Shown here: positions 26,202 to 34,472 of the stretch, one piece after another
Layout: each line of letters opens with the position of its first letter
How positions within the stretch are numbered: the stretch's first letter is position 1
Assembly: GCA_032162605.1 (NCBI GenBank)
Contig: JAVROT010000088.1
Coordinates: 1,144-65,143, forward strand
Reading direction: 5' to 3'
DNA length: 64,000 nucleotides
DNA from: Mycobacterium sp.
Lineage (GTDB): Bacteria > Actinomycetota > Actinomycetes > Mycobacteriales > Mycobacteriaceae
Position numbers and translations under genes: made by a program
The notes under the pieces: model-generated
Database searches by the model: none
Told to the model about the DNA's origin: nothing
The model's input: only the letters and a program-made list of their open reading frames with translations

Positions 26202-26810
26202 ATGTCCACGACTCCCAAGGTCGACTTCTACTTCGACCCGGCCTGCCCCTTCGCCTGGATCGCCTCCCGGTGGATTCTCGAGGTGGAACACAGGCGGAAA
26301 ATCGATCTGCGGTTCCGGGTGATGAGCGTGTCCGTGCTCAACGAGGATCGGGAGATCTCCGAGTGGTACCGGGACTTCTGCGACCGTGCGTGGGGGCCCG
26401 CGCGGGTCTGCATCGCCGCCACCCAGCACCATGGCGAGGAGGCGCTGCGTCACCTCTACACCGCGCTCGGCACCCGAATCCACAACGGGCGCAACAAGAA
26501 CTACCCGGAGGTGGTCGGGCAGGCCCTCGCCGAGGTGGGCCTGCCAGCCGAGCTCGCCGAAGCGGCTGACGGGACCGACTACGACGAGGTCCTGCGCAAG
26601 AGCCACGCGGCGGCGCTGGAACCCGTCGGTGCGGATGTCGGCACCCCGACGATCCACATCGACGGCATCGGGTTCTTCGGGCCGGTGCTGACCGCCATAC
26701 CGCGGGGCGTCGAGGCGGCACGCCTTTTCGACAGCGCCAGGACGCTGGCCGCCAACCCTCATTTCTTCGAGCTGAAGCGGGCTCGCTCCGGCGACCTGAA
26801 CTACGACTGA
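26202..26810 (+). CDS. DsbA-family oxidoreductase, Rv2466c-like (mycothiol-dependent reductase family)
   Basis: [53 protein letters not shown] and PHFFELKR. Collinear with M. tuberculosis Rv2466c as I recall it. Confidence 0.85.
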   Translation: MSTTPKVDFYFDPACPFAWIASRWILEVEHRRKIDLRFRVMSVSVLNEDREISEWYRDFCDRAWGPARVCIAATQHHGEEALRHLYTALGTRIHNGRNKNYPEVVGQALAEVGLPAELAEAADGTDYDEVLRKSHAAALEPVGADVGTPTIHIDGIGFFGPVLTAIPRGVEAARLFDSARTLAANPHFFELKRARSGDLNYD

Positions 26811-26828
26811 CAGAACGGACGTGTGCAC

Positions 26829-28085
26829 ATGAAACGTATCGGGATTGTGGAGTCGAACCGCTCCGGATCCGGGTTCGACACCTTACGGGCGGCCAGGAAG
26901 CTGGGTTTGCACGTCACCTTCTTCAGCTGCGGGCTGGATCGCTACCACGCGACGCCCGGTGGCACGGAGGTATTGCGCACCTGCGTCGACGAGGTCGTTT
27001 CCTGTCCGACCCACGAGCTGGCGCCGTTGCTGGCGGCGGTGAAGGAGGTCGACGCCACGCATCCGCTCGACGCGTTGCTCTCGGTCGCCGAGTACGAGGT
27101 GGTTCAGACCGCCGAGGTCGCCCGCCAGCTCGGCCTGCCCGGCCCGGATCCGGACGCCGTCCGGATCGCGCGCAACAAGGCCGACCAACGACGGCGCTGG
27201 GCCGAACGCGGCGTGCCCATCCCGGCATTTCGCGCCGTGACCACGGCTGAGCAGGCGGCGCGGGCCGCCGAGGAGATCGGGCTGCCGTGCGTGGTCAAGC
27301 CCGTCGACGAGACCAGCGGGGCGAATGTCGTCCGGTGCACGACCGTGCCCGAGGTGATCGACGCCTTCTCGGCGGTGCGGTCCGAACCGACCAACCGCCG
27401 CGGTCAGCCCCGCCATCCAGAGGTGCTCGTCGAGGAATGCCTGGTCGGCTTCGAGGTCAGCGTGGAGGTTCTGGCCGAGGCCGGATCCGTCCGCGTGCTC
27501 GGGGTGACCGACAAGCTGGTCGGGGGCGGCAACCGGTTCATCGAGCTCGGACACAGCTTCCCGACGGCACTGCCTGCACGGATTCGGGACGAGCTGGAAC
27601 AGGCCGCGGTGGCCGCGACCATGGCGGTGGGCTTCGACCTCGGCATCGCGCACGTCGAGCTCAAGTACACCGCCACGGGTCCCACGCTGATCGAGATCAA
27701 TCCACGGCCGGCCGGTGACCAGATCACCGAGCTGATGGACCGCAGCCTCGGGCTGTCCACCATGGAGCTGTTGATTCGCCAGTACCTTGGCGAGTTCGTC
27801 GGCGCCATCGAAGCGGATCCGGTACGGGGCGCGGCGATCCGGTACCTCACCGCACCTGCCGGTGTCGTGAGCAGCGTGACCGGATTGGAGATCGCCGCTG
27901 CCGTGCCCGGGATCTGCGAGGCCGTGGTGTCCATCGAGCCCGGTGGGCGGATCAACCCGTTGCGGGTGAACGAGGACCGGATCGGCCACGTCCTGGCCAC
28001 CGCCGACGATCCATACCTGGCCGGCCGGATCGCCGAGGCCGCGGCCCAGCAAATCGAGGTGCGAGTCCTAGGAGTAGCGACATGA
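26829..28085 (+). CDS. ATP-grasp domain protein (carboxylate-amine / L-amino-acid ligase type)
   Basis: KADQRRRWAERGVP, GLPCVVKPVDETSGANV, LVEECLVGFEVSVE, AHVELKYT and LIEINPRPAGD. Confidence 0.8.
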   Translation: MKRIGIVESNRSGSGFDTLRAARKLGLHVTFFSCGLDRYHATPGGTEVLRTCVDEVVSCPTHELAPLLAAVKEVDATHPLDALLSVAEYEVVQTAEVARQLGLPGPDPDAVRIARNKADQRRRWAERGVPIPAFRAVTTAEQAARAAEEIGLPCVVKPVDETSGANVVRCTTVPEVIDAFSAVRSEPTNRRGQPRHPEVLVEECLVGFEVSVEVLAEAGSVRVLGVTDKLVGGGNRFIELGHSFPTALPARIRDELEQAAVAATMAVGFDLGIAHVELKYTATGPTLIEINPRPAGDQITELMDRSLGLSTMELLIRQYLGEFVGAIEADPVRGAAIRYLTAPAGVVSSVTGLEIAAAVPGICEAVVSIEPGGRINPLRVNEDRIGHVLATADDPYLAGRIAEAAAQQIEVRVLGVAT

Positions 28086-29314
28086 CGAACTTGGTGATGG
28101 TGATGCCCTACCAGGCATACATACGGAAGGCCCAAGCCGAAGGGTTCCGGATCCACGCGATCTGGGACCCCGCCGAGGCCGAGCGACTGTTCGGTGCGGA
28201 ATCCGCCCAGTACCTCCGGGACGTCGAGGCACTCGCCGACGGCTTCCGGTTGGTGGACTTCACCGATCACGCCGCCTATGCCGACGCGATCCGCGCGGCT
28301 GTGCGAGAGACCGACGCCGACCACGTCTGGCACGTCGGCTGCGAGGAATCGATGATGCTCGCCTACGAGGTAGCCGACGATCTGGGAAGAGCGGTCAACT
28401 CACCGCGGTCGGTCGAGCTGCTCAACGACAAGCTCGCCATGCGCACCCTCCTGCGCGACAAGGGCGTCTCCGCGGTCCGGTTCGCCATCGCGGAGCACTG
28501 GTCCGACGTGGCGGCACTGCTGGCGGACTTCACGCTGCCCGTAGTCGTCAAGCCGACCACGTTGTCCGCCAGCCGGGGGACCTACTTGCTCACCGACCCC
28601 GCCGACTTGCCTGCTTGGGGCGAGTCGCTGACCGCCTACCAATATGACGGGCCGCTGCTCGTCGAGGAGTACCTGCGCGGCCCGGAGTTCAGCGTAGAGA
28701 CGTTGACAGTGCGCGGCGAGCACCACGTCATCGGCGTCACCCGCAAGCTGCTCGGCCCGCTGCCGCACTTCGTGGAGCGGGGGCACCTGTTCGGCGCGGC
28801 GGCCACGGCGGAGACCAGCCGGGTGGCCGCCCTCGCGGTGGAACTGCTCGACGCCGTCGGGTACCAGTGCGGCCCGGCGCACACTGAGATCATCCTCACC
28901 GCGGACGGGCCGCGGATCGTGGAGTCGCAAGCTCGGCTCGGCGGGGACAAGATCCCCGACATCATCCAGATCGCCCGGGGTTTCGACATCAAGCGGGCGA
29001 TGTTCGGCGCCCTCGCCGGCAGGGCGCCCCGGCCGGCGAGGGCGCAGTCCATCGGGCACATCGCCTACCTGAGCTTCCCCAGTGGGGTTCTTCGGTCGGT
29101 GTCCGGCCTCGACGAGGCCCGCGGGCTGGATTTCGTCGCCACCCTGAACTTCCCGTTCGCGGTCGGGGACGTGCTCCCGGAGACGGTGAGCTCGAAGACC
29201 CGGCACGGCTTCGCGATCCTCACCGCGTCCGAGAATGCCGCGCAGGCCTTGGCTCGCGCGGACCGGGTGCGCGAACTGATCAGGGTCGAGGTGTCGGCAC
29301 CCGGTTGCGAATGA
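28082..29314 (+). CDS. ATP-grasp domain protein (carboxylate-amine ligase type), second copy
   Basis: ATGA overlap with the preceding gene. DKLAMRTLLRDKGV, LPVVVKPTTLSASRG, LVEEYLRGPEFSVE, AHTEIILT and IVESQARLGGD. Confidence 0.8.
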   Translation: MTNLVMVMPYQAYIRKAQAEGFRIHAIWDPAEAERLFGAESAQYLRDVEALADGFRLVDFTDHAAYADAIRAAVRETDADHVWHVGCEESMMLAYEVADDLGRAVNSPRSVELLNDKLAMRTLLRDKGVSAVRFAIAEHWSDVAALLADFTLPVVVKPTTLSASRGTYLLTDPADLPAWGESLTAYQYDGPLLVEEYLRGPEFSVETLTVRGEHHVIGVTRKLLGPLPHFVERGHLFGAAATAETSRVAALAVELLDAVGYQCGPAHTEIILTADGPRIVESQARLGGDKIPDIIQIARGFDIKRAMFGALAGRAPRPARAQSIGHIAYLSFPSGVLRSVSGLDEARGLDFVATLNFPFAVGDVLPETVSSKTRHGFAILTASENAAQALARADRVRELIRVEVSAPGCE

Positions 29315-31247
29315 CCCGCTCAAGCGCCGCAATGTCGGATTCGATCTGCCGCGACAGCCAATACACCAGTACGAACCCGGCAATTCCGCCGATACACAGC
29401 ATTCTGATCGCCACGATGATTTCGGCGATCTCGGGGGCGGTCAGGAAGCTCACTGCCACGATGCCGAGCAACGGCACCGAGGCCGCGACTGCCAAATAGC
29501 GTGACAGCCGACGGCGGAGTGCGCGAAGCTGTTCTGCCTCTCGTGGATCGGTCTGTCCGTGTGCCACCAGTTCCGGATAGACGCTGCGCACGATGTAGAA
29601 GGTGAACAGGAAGAACGGGTACGCGATCGCGATTGCGCCACACACCGCAAGCGATCCCACGAAGTGGATTGCCGACGTCCCGGGGATTCCACCCGCGACG
29701 AACTGCAAGGTGATCGCAAACGTCAGCCCGGCGAGCAACCACATCCCGAACACCACGAACACCACCCGATCACTTGCGACGAGACAGTCGTGGCGCGCTC
29801 GGGCCAAGGTCTCTCCGGGCGGTGCAGGCCCACGCCGCAGGCGCCGCGGGACAAGGATCACGTAACGGCACCAGTAGACCAGCACCACGAAGGCAAGCGG
29901 AAAGAAAATAACGTTCAGCAGTGTCATGACCAGGTCGAAGCGGCCCTGGCCCTGCTCGGAGAGCTTGCTGACGATGAGGAGCTGATTGTGGTTGATGTTG
30001 TATGCGGTGGCCAGCAGGTTGGGAATCAGGATGGCCAGCGAACCAATCGGCAGAAAGAACGGCCGCAGCCGCAGCCGCCAACTTCGGGCGGGCGGATCCA
30101 CCAGGTCACGGGCTTGCGGATCAAGGCACAACTGCAGGTGCTCGGCGAGTTCAGCGCCCGATGCCCAGCGCTGATCACGATCGGCGCTCAGTGCCTTCAG
30201 CAGCACTCTGCGTAGCGCGGCAGGGCAGTCCGCCGGTAGCGCGGCGAGTGCCTCCGAGGAAATACCTTGGCTGCGGGTGGCAAGCATCAGCTCTAGCGCG
30301 GTGGTGTCTGAGACCGATCCGCCCGAGCGCGCCCGAGCGGCTTGCGCCTCGGAATCATCGAACGGTTTCAGGCCGGTCAGCAGTTCCCACAGCACGACCG
30401 CCAGCGAGTAGATGTCGCTGCGGGTATCGAGCTTCGCCGCATCTTGCATGTGCTCGGGCCGGCAAGCCACGAGCTGCTCGGGCGACATATAGGACAGTGA
30501 GCCGCCGAAATAGGTGAACGGGCTTGCGCCGGATATGTTGCGGGCGAAGCTGATGTTGAAGTCCGCCAGTTTGGGGGTGCCATCGGGTGCGAGTAGGACG
30601 TTCGCGAGCTTGACGTCGCGGTGCAGGACACCCCGTGAAGTCGCATAGTGCAACGCCTGAGCTAGTCGTTTCCCCAGCCACGCGACCGTCTCGGGCCAGG
30701 ATAGGGTGGCGAGCTCAGCGCGGGTCGATGAATCGGTTGGCCGGATCTCGCCGCGCGACTCCAGTGACTCGTCGACCGCGTCGAGCAACGCCTGACCGGA
30801 GTCGGGTGTTCGCCCCGCTCGGCGTATGGCTTGAACGACGTTGAGCAGCGTTCCGCCTGGCAAATACTGCATGTACAGCAGCCGCCAGTCTCGATCGCGG
30901 ACGATTCGCTGGTCGAAGACCCGGACGATGTAATCGTGATCAAGCTGGGCCAGGGTTTGTGGTTCGTCGCCTCGGTTCGCGGAGATCTTGACTGCCACCA
31001 GACGTTGCAGCGACCGTTGCCGGGCCAGAAAGACTCTTGCGAATACGCCGCTGCCGAGTTCGATGAGCAAATCGAAGTCGTCGAGTCGCTGGCCGACCTC
31101 GATCTCGGTGAGGCGGGTGCATGGGGTGGTTATGACAGACGATGATCCGAGTGTTCCGGTGCCGTTTTCCGTCTCGTCGACGGTGTGGGCCGCCGTTTGA
31201 GTCGCAGTGAGCTCGGCGGGGTGGGTGGCAGTCGGATCTGTCGTCAT
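29280..31247 (-). CDS. Ser/Thr protein kinase with a polytopic (about 6-TM) C-terminal membrane domain
   Basis: GSGVFARVFLA...VAVK, HRDVKLANVLL, DFNISF and SPEQ (Hanks motifs). The C-terminal 270 aa contain about six hydrophobic helices. GAGG lies 7 nt upstream of the ATG at 31247. Confidence 0.85.
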   Translation of the reverse strand: MTTDPTATHPAELTATQTAAHTVDETENGTGTLGSSSVITTPCTRLTEIEVGQRLDDFDLLIELGSGVFARVFLARQRSLQRLVAVKISANRGDEPQTLAQLDHDYIVRVFDQRIVRDRDWRLLYMQYLPGGTLLNVVQAIRRAGRTPDSGQALLDAVDESLESRGEIRPTDSSTRAELATLSWPETVAWLGKRLAQALHYATSRGVLHRDVKLANVLLAPDGTPKLADFNISFARNISGASPFTYFGGSLSYMSPEQLVACRPEHMQDAAKLDTRSDIYSLAVVLWELLTGLKPFDDSEAQAARARSGGSVSDTTALELMLATRSQGISSEALAALPADCPAALRRVLLKALSADRDQRWASGAELAEHLQLCLDPQARDLVDPPARSWRLRLRPFFLPIGSLAILIPNLLATAYNINHNQLLIVSKLSEQGQGRFDLVMTLLNVIFFPLAFVVLVYWCRYVILVPRRLRRGPAPPGETLARARHDCLVASDRVVFVVFGMWLLAGLTFAITLQFVAGGIPGTSAIHFVGSLAVCGAIAIAYPFFLFTFYIVRSVYPELVAHGQTDPREAEQLRALRRRLSRYLAVAASVPLLGIVAVSFLTAPEIAEIIVAIRMLCIGGIAGFVLVYWLSRQIESDIAALERVIRNRVPTPRP

Positions 31248-31354
31248 GGAAACCTCGTTCCAGGTCACCTAGATCGTAGGAGCCAGGGCCGCCCGGCATC
31301 GGGGAAATCGTCGTGATCAGGCGTGGTCCGCTAACTACCCAATAGGCTATCCAC

Positions 31355-31978
31355 ATGCCGTCCCACCTGGAAATCTGGAAACCGTCAGGACGGGAGCTGA
31401 TCACTCTGAGCGGCCAACGGGTGACCATTGGCAAGGCCGCGACCAACCTCGTGTCGCTCAAACACGATTCGACCGTCTCACGCTTGCATGCCGTCTTGGA
31501 CAACCTCGGGTTCGCTTGGTCGGTACGGGATGTGGGCAGCCGCAATGGCACCTATCTCAACGGCGAGAAGATCTCTGCCGAACGGGTCATGCGTTCCGGG
31601 GACGAGTTGCGAGTCGGCAAGTCACGGTTGGTCTTCTGGGAGGTGAAGGAAGGCGACGAAGCCACAGCGGACGCGACGATGTCTGCCGCCCCCACCCAGC
31701 TCCCGCCCCGCCTGACCCGGCGCGAACTCGAGGTCCTGATGGTGTTGTGTCGCCCGCTGGTTTCCGAGGACCCATTTCCCGAGGCGATATCCGTTCGTCA
31801 GATGGCTCAGGAGCTGTTCGTCACCGAGGCAGCCATCAAGCAGCACCTGCAAAACCTGTACGACAAATTCGCGATCCCCACCGAGGGAGAGCGCCGGGTC
31901 CGTCTCGCCAATGAAGCCATCCGGCGTGGGGCTATCACCATCGCCATGCTGCGCGATACCGGTACTCCCGAAGAGTGA
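31355..31978 (+). CDS. FHA-domain / LuxR-type HTH transcriptional regulator
   Basis: The N-terminus has VTIGKA...VSRLHAVL...DVGSRNGTYLNG (FHA). The C-terminus has LTRRELEVL...ELFVTEAAIKQHLQNLYDKF (LuxR/FixJ HTH). Confidence 0.85.
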   Translation: MPSHLEIWKPSGRELITLSGQRVTIGKAATNLVSLKHDSTVSRLHAVLDNLGFAWSVRDVGSRNGTYLNGEKISAERVMRSGDELRVGKSRLVFWEVKEGDEATADATMSAAPTQLPPRLTRRELEVLMVLCRPLVSEDPFPEAISVRQMAQELFVTEAAIKQHLQNLYDKFAIPTEGERRVRLANEAIRRGAITIAMLRDTGTPEE

Positions 31979-32077
31979 GCGCACTCATGATGACGTTCAT
32001 TGAGGAGTCGCGCAGCGGGCTACTCGCGCATTGCCTGCGTGGGTTCTCACTGAATGTGGTGTGGTGGTGACGAGTTG

Positions 32078-32106
32078 AGCCCCCTGTCAGGATTGAACTG
32101 ACGACC
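32078..32106 (-). other. tRNA 3'-end-like remnant (T-arm plus acceptor strand)
   Basis: The minus strand reads GTCAG-TTCAATC-CTGAC-AGGGGGC-T: a 5-bp T-stem with G53/C61, a TTCRANY loop, a 7-nt acceptor strand and a discriminator. No matching anticodon, D-arm or 5' acceptor strand lies upstream. Confidence 0.35.
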
Positions 32107-32244
32107 TTTCGCCTTCTGGCCGGCGGGTCTGCGAGGCAGCCGCACGACGCGGCGACCGCGACGGCTAGGGCCCCGGTTCGAGCTGGCCGCGCGACTTCAG
32201 GAATTGCCCCGTCGTAGAATCATCACGGCTCATCAAGCCGGACC

Positions 32245-32320
32245 GCCGCGTTAGCTCAGTTGGTAGAGCGTCGCTCTTGTAAAGCGGATGTCGAGAGTTC
32301 GAATCTCTCACGCGGCTCCA
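32245..32320 (+). tRNA. tRNA-Thr (anticodon UGU), CCA encoded
   Basis: Manual cloverleaf: acceptor GCCGCGT/ACGCGGC, D-arm GCTC-AGTTGGTA-GAGC, anticodon arm TCGCT-CTTGTAA-AGCGG, variable ATGTC, T-arm GAGAG-TTCGAAT-CTCTC, discriminator T, then CCA. Confidence 0.95.
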
Positions 32321-32545
32321 CTTGTTGGCACTCGTAGTCATCGTTCAACTGTGTCGACGACTTGTCTCGGGTGCGGCGCCTGCTCTTGGCTGCCTGGCTC
32401 GAGTCCGGCGTCTGCGGCCTTCGGCGACCGATTCCCGGCAGCAGAAACCCACTGATGAAAACCGCCGAAACACCGTTGCGGAGATAGTCCCCCACTAGCC
32501 GTGAACGCGCCGAGCCGGGTCGACTGCCTGGCCGGGGCGCACCGA

Positions 32546-34195
32546 CTACTTGATTCGAAGTGCCGAGAAGTCCTCCACGAACACCACATGGCTGTAGGCC
32601 GCGTCGAAGTCGATCCGGTCGGAGACGAACGTGGCGTACAGCTCATTCCCGTAGGGCGCCCACACGGCCTGTTCCATGTATGACCTGTCCAGGGCGGCGT
32701 ATTGCTTCTCCACGTCATCGCTCAGCTGGGCTTCCAGCAAACGATCCATGATCTCGTCGAGCTCGGGAAGCGCCGTCTGTGAGTGGTTGCTGCTGTTGGT
32801 GGGCAAGATGCTCCCTCCGTTGAGTAGCGGCCGGAAGAAGTCGTCCGGGTGTGGGAAGTCTTGGAACCAGTTCGCGAAGCCAGTGTCCAGGTCGGGTGTC
32901 GTCTGGTTGCCGATGGTCGTGAAGTAGACGTCGCCTGCGATGACCTTCAGCGTGGCGTTGAAGCCCAACTGCGCGAGCACGTCGTGGTAGTACTCGCCGA
33001 TGTGCCTGCGGTTGGGCTCGTCGTCGGTCCACACCGTGATGTTCATGTCGGCAGGCTTGGCCTCGGCGATCAGCGCCTTGGCCTTGACCATGTCGGGGCC
33101 GGGGTAGAGCTCGTACTCCTCGTACCCGGGCATACCCGGCGGGAGGATCTGCTGGGTCGCGTGCAGTCGGCCGCCGAAGATCCGGTTGAGCGCCTCGGGA
33201 TCGATGGCGTAGTTGATCGCCTGGCGGACCTTGAGGTCGTTGAACGGCGCGGTCTGACCGTTCATCCAGAAGTAGTAGGTGTTGATCGACTCCTCCAGCC
33301 GGAACCGGTTGCCGTACTTGGCCTTTATCTCTGGCAGCCGGTCGGCGTCCGGCGGATCGCTCATGAAGTCGACGCTGTTCTGCATGACCCCGGTCACCTG
33401 AGCGCTGTTGCTCTTGTTCTGCGTCACCGTGATGGTGTCGACCTGGGCATCCACCACATCGGTGGCACCGGCGTCCTTGACTGTCTGGAAGTGCGGGTTG
33501 CGCTTCATCGTAAGATGTTGCGGCGCTTCGACTTCAGTGATCTCGAACGGACCGCTGGCCGGCGGAGGGTTGTTGGTGGCGTCTTCGTTCAGCGGGGTCG
33601 ACGGTGGGACCGGCGCGGCGAATGGCAATGCCAACACGCTGTCGAAGGTTCCATTGGGCTCTTCGAGACGGATCGTGATGGCGCCCGTCACGTCGTCGGC
33701 CGTGATCCCGGTGATCTGATCCTGCTGTCCGTCGGCGAAGGGGACCGCGCCGACGATGCCTTCGAAGAACACCGATCCGCCGGAGTCCGTCTTGAACAGC
33801 CGTTTGATCGCGTAGGTGAAGTCAGAAGCCTTGATCGGGGTGCCATCCGAGTACTTCATGTTCGGGCGCAGGGTGAGCTCGTAGGTCTTGCCGTCGTCCG
33901 ATATCCGGGGCATCCCGTCGGCCAGCCCGGGAACGACTTCGGTCCCCGAATCGCCCTTGGCGTGCTTGTAGGTGAGCAACGGCACGTAAACGTTCCAGAG
34001 CACCTCCCAACCCTGAACCGTGTACGAGAGCTGAGGGTCGACGTGGTCGGGGAACGACGTCATGGTGACGTTGATGTCACCGTGTGCTGGCCCGACGCCC
34101 TCGTTGTTTCTTGAAGGCCCACCGCACGCAACGACGCCGAACGCCATCAACGCGTTGACGCTACCGATCGCTAGGACCGCCCGCAGCTTCTTCAT
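32546..34195 (-). CDS. ABC transporter substrate-binding lipoprotein, family 5 (peptide/nickel type)
   Basis: I chose the start at MKKLRAVLAIGSVNALMAFGVVAC (lipobox). Typical SBP_bac_5 body. No permease or ATPase genes are adjacent. Confidence 0.85.
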   Translation of the reverse strand: MKKLRAVLAIGSVNALMAFGVVACGGPSRNNEGVGPAHGDINVTMTSFPDHVDPQLSYTVQGWEVLWNVYVPLLTYKHAKGDSGTEVVPGLADGMPRISDDGKTYELTLRPNMKYSDGTPIKASDFTYAIKRLFKTDSGGSVFFEGIVGAVPFADGQQDQITGITADDVTGAITIRLEEPNGTFDSVLALPFAAPVPPSTPLNEDATNNPPPASGPFEITEVEAPQHLTMKRNPHFQTVKDAGATDVVDAQVDTITVTQNKSNSAQVTGVMQNSVDFMSDPPDADRLPEIKAKYGNRFRLEESINTYYFWMNGQTAPFNDLKVRQAINYAIDPEALNRIFGGRLHATQQILPPGMPGYEEYELYPGPDMVKAKALIAEAKPADMNITVWTDDEPNRRHIGEYYHDVLAQLGFNATLKVIAGDVYFTTIGNQTTPDLDTGFANWFQDFPHPDDFFRPLLNGGSILPTNSSNHSQTALPELDEIMDRLLEAQLSDDVEKQYAALDRSYMEQAVWAPYGNELYATFVSDRIDFDAAYSHVVFVEDFSALRIK

Positions 34196-34472
34196 CGTCC
34201 CCCCCGGGATTGTTGCCATCGGATGCCGACGCGCATCCGACACTCCGTTCGAAGGGTTCCCTCGCGACGCGGAAATTTCAAGGCCTGCGCATTCGTGAAT
34301 CATGCGAACCGACCGGCGGGTCTTTGTCAGCCGATCGACGACGAGTTTGCTTGGGACAGCGGGGACCTCGCAGATGACGGTGGCGAGAGCCATTGTCGGC
34401 AAAGGTTCAACAAGTCATGAAAAGGGTCCGGGTCGGACGATATGCTTGACGCCGAGCGGCTAGGAGGAGCAC

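Noticed and set aside
25969-26569. C-terminal 200 codons of the 503-aa ORF 25058..26569
   Set aside because: This is out-of-frame read-through after the frameshift. It is Arg/Gly-rich and overlaps the well-supported Rv2466c-like gene.
32160-32244. A second tRNA-like signal (GGTTCGAGC) just upstream of tRNA-Thr
   Set aside because: No complementary T-stem or acceptor strand can be drawn, so the match is fortuitous.
32546-34195. Link between the peptide/nickel-type SBP and nickel supply for the Lar proteins
   Set aside because: Family-5 SBPs bind many ligands. The gene is 14 kb from the lar genes, on the other strand, beyond a tRNA, and has no cognate permease or ATPase nearby. The sequence gives no support for a link.
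34219-34240. 8-bp inverted repeat TCGGATGC-cgacgc-GCATCCGA upstream of the SBP lipoprotein gene
   Set aside because: It is a real hairpin-capable sequence, but it occurs once, has no recognisable motif class and has no supporting context. I noted it only.
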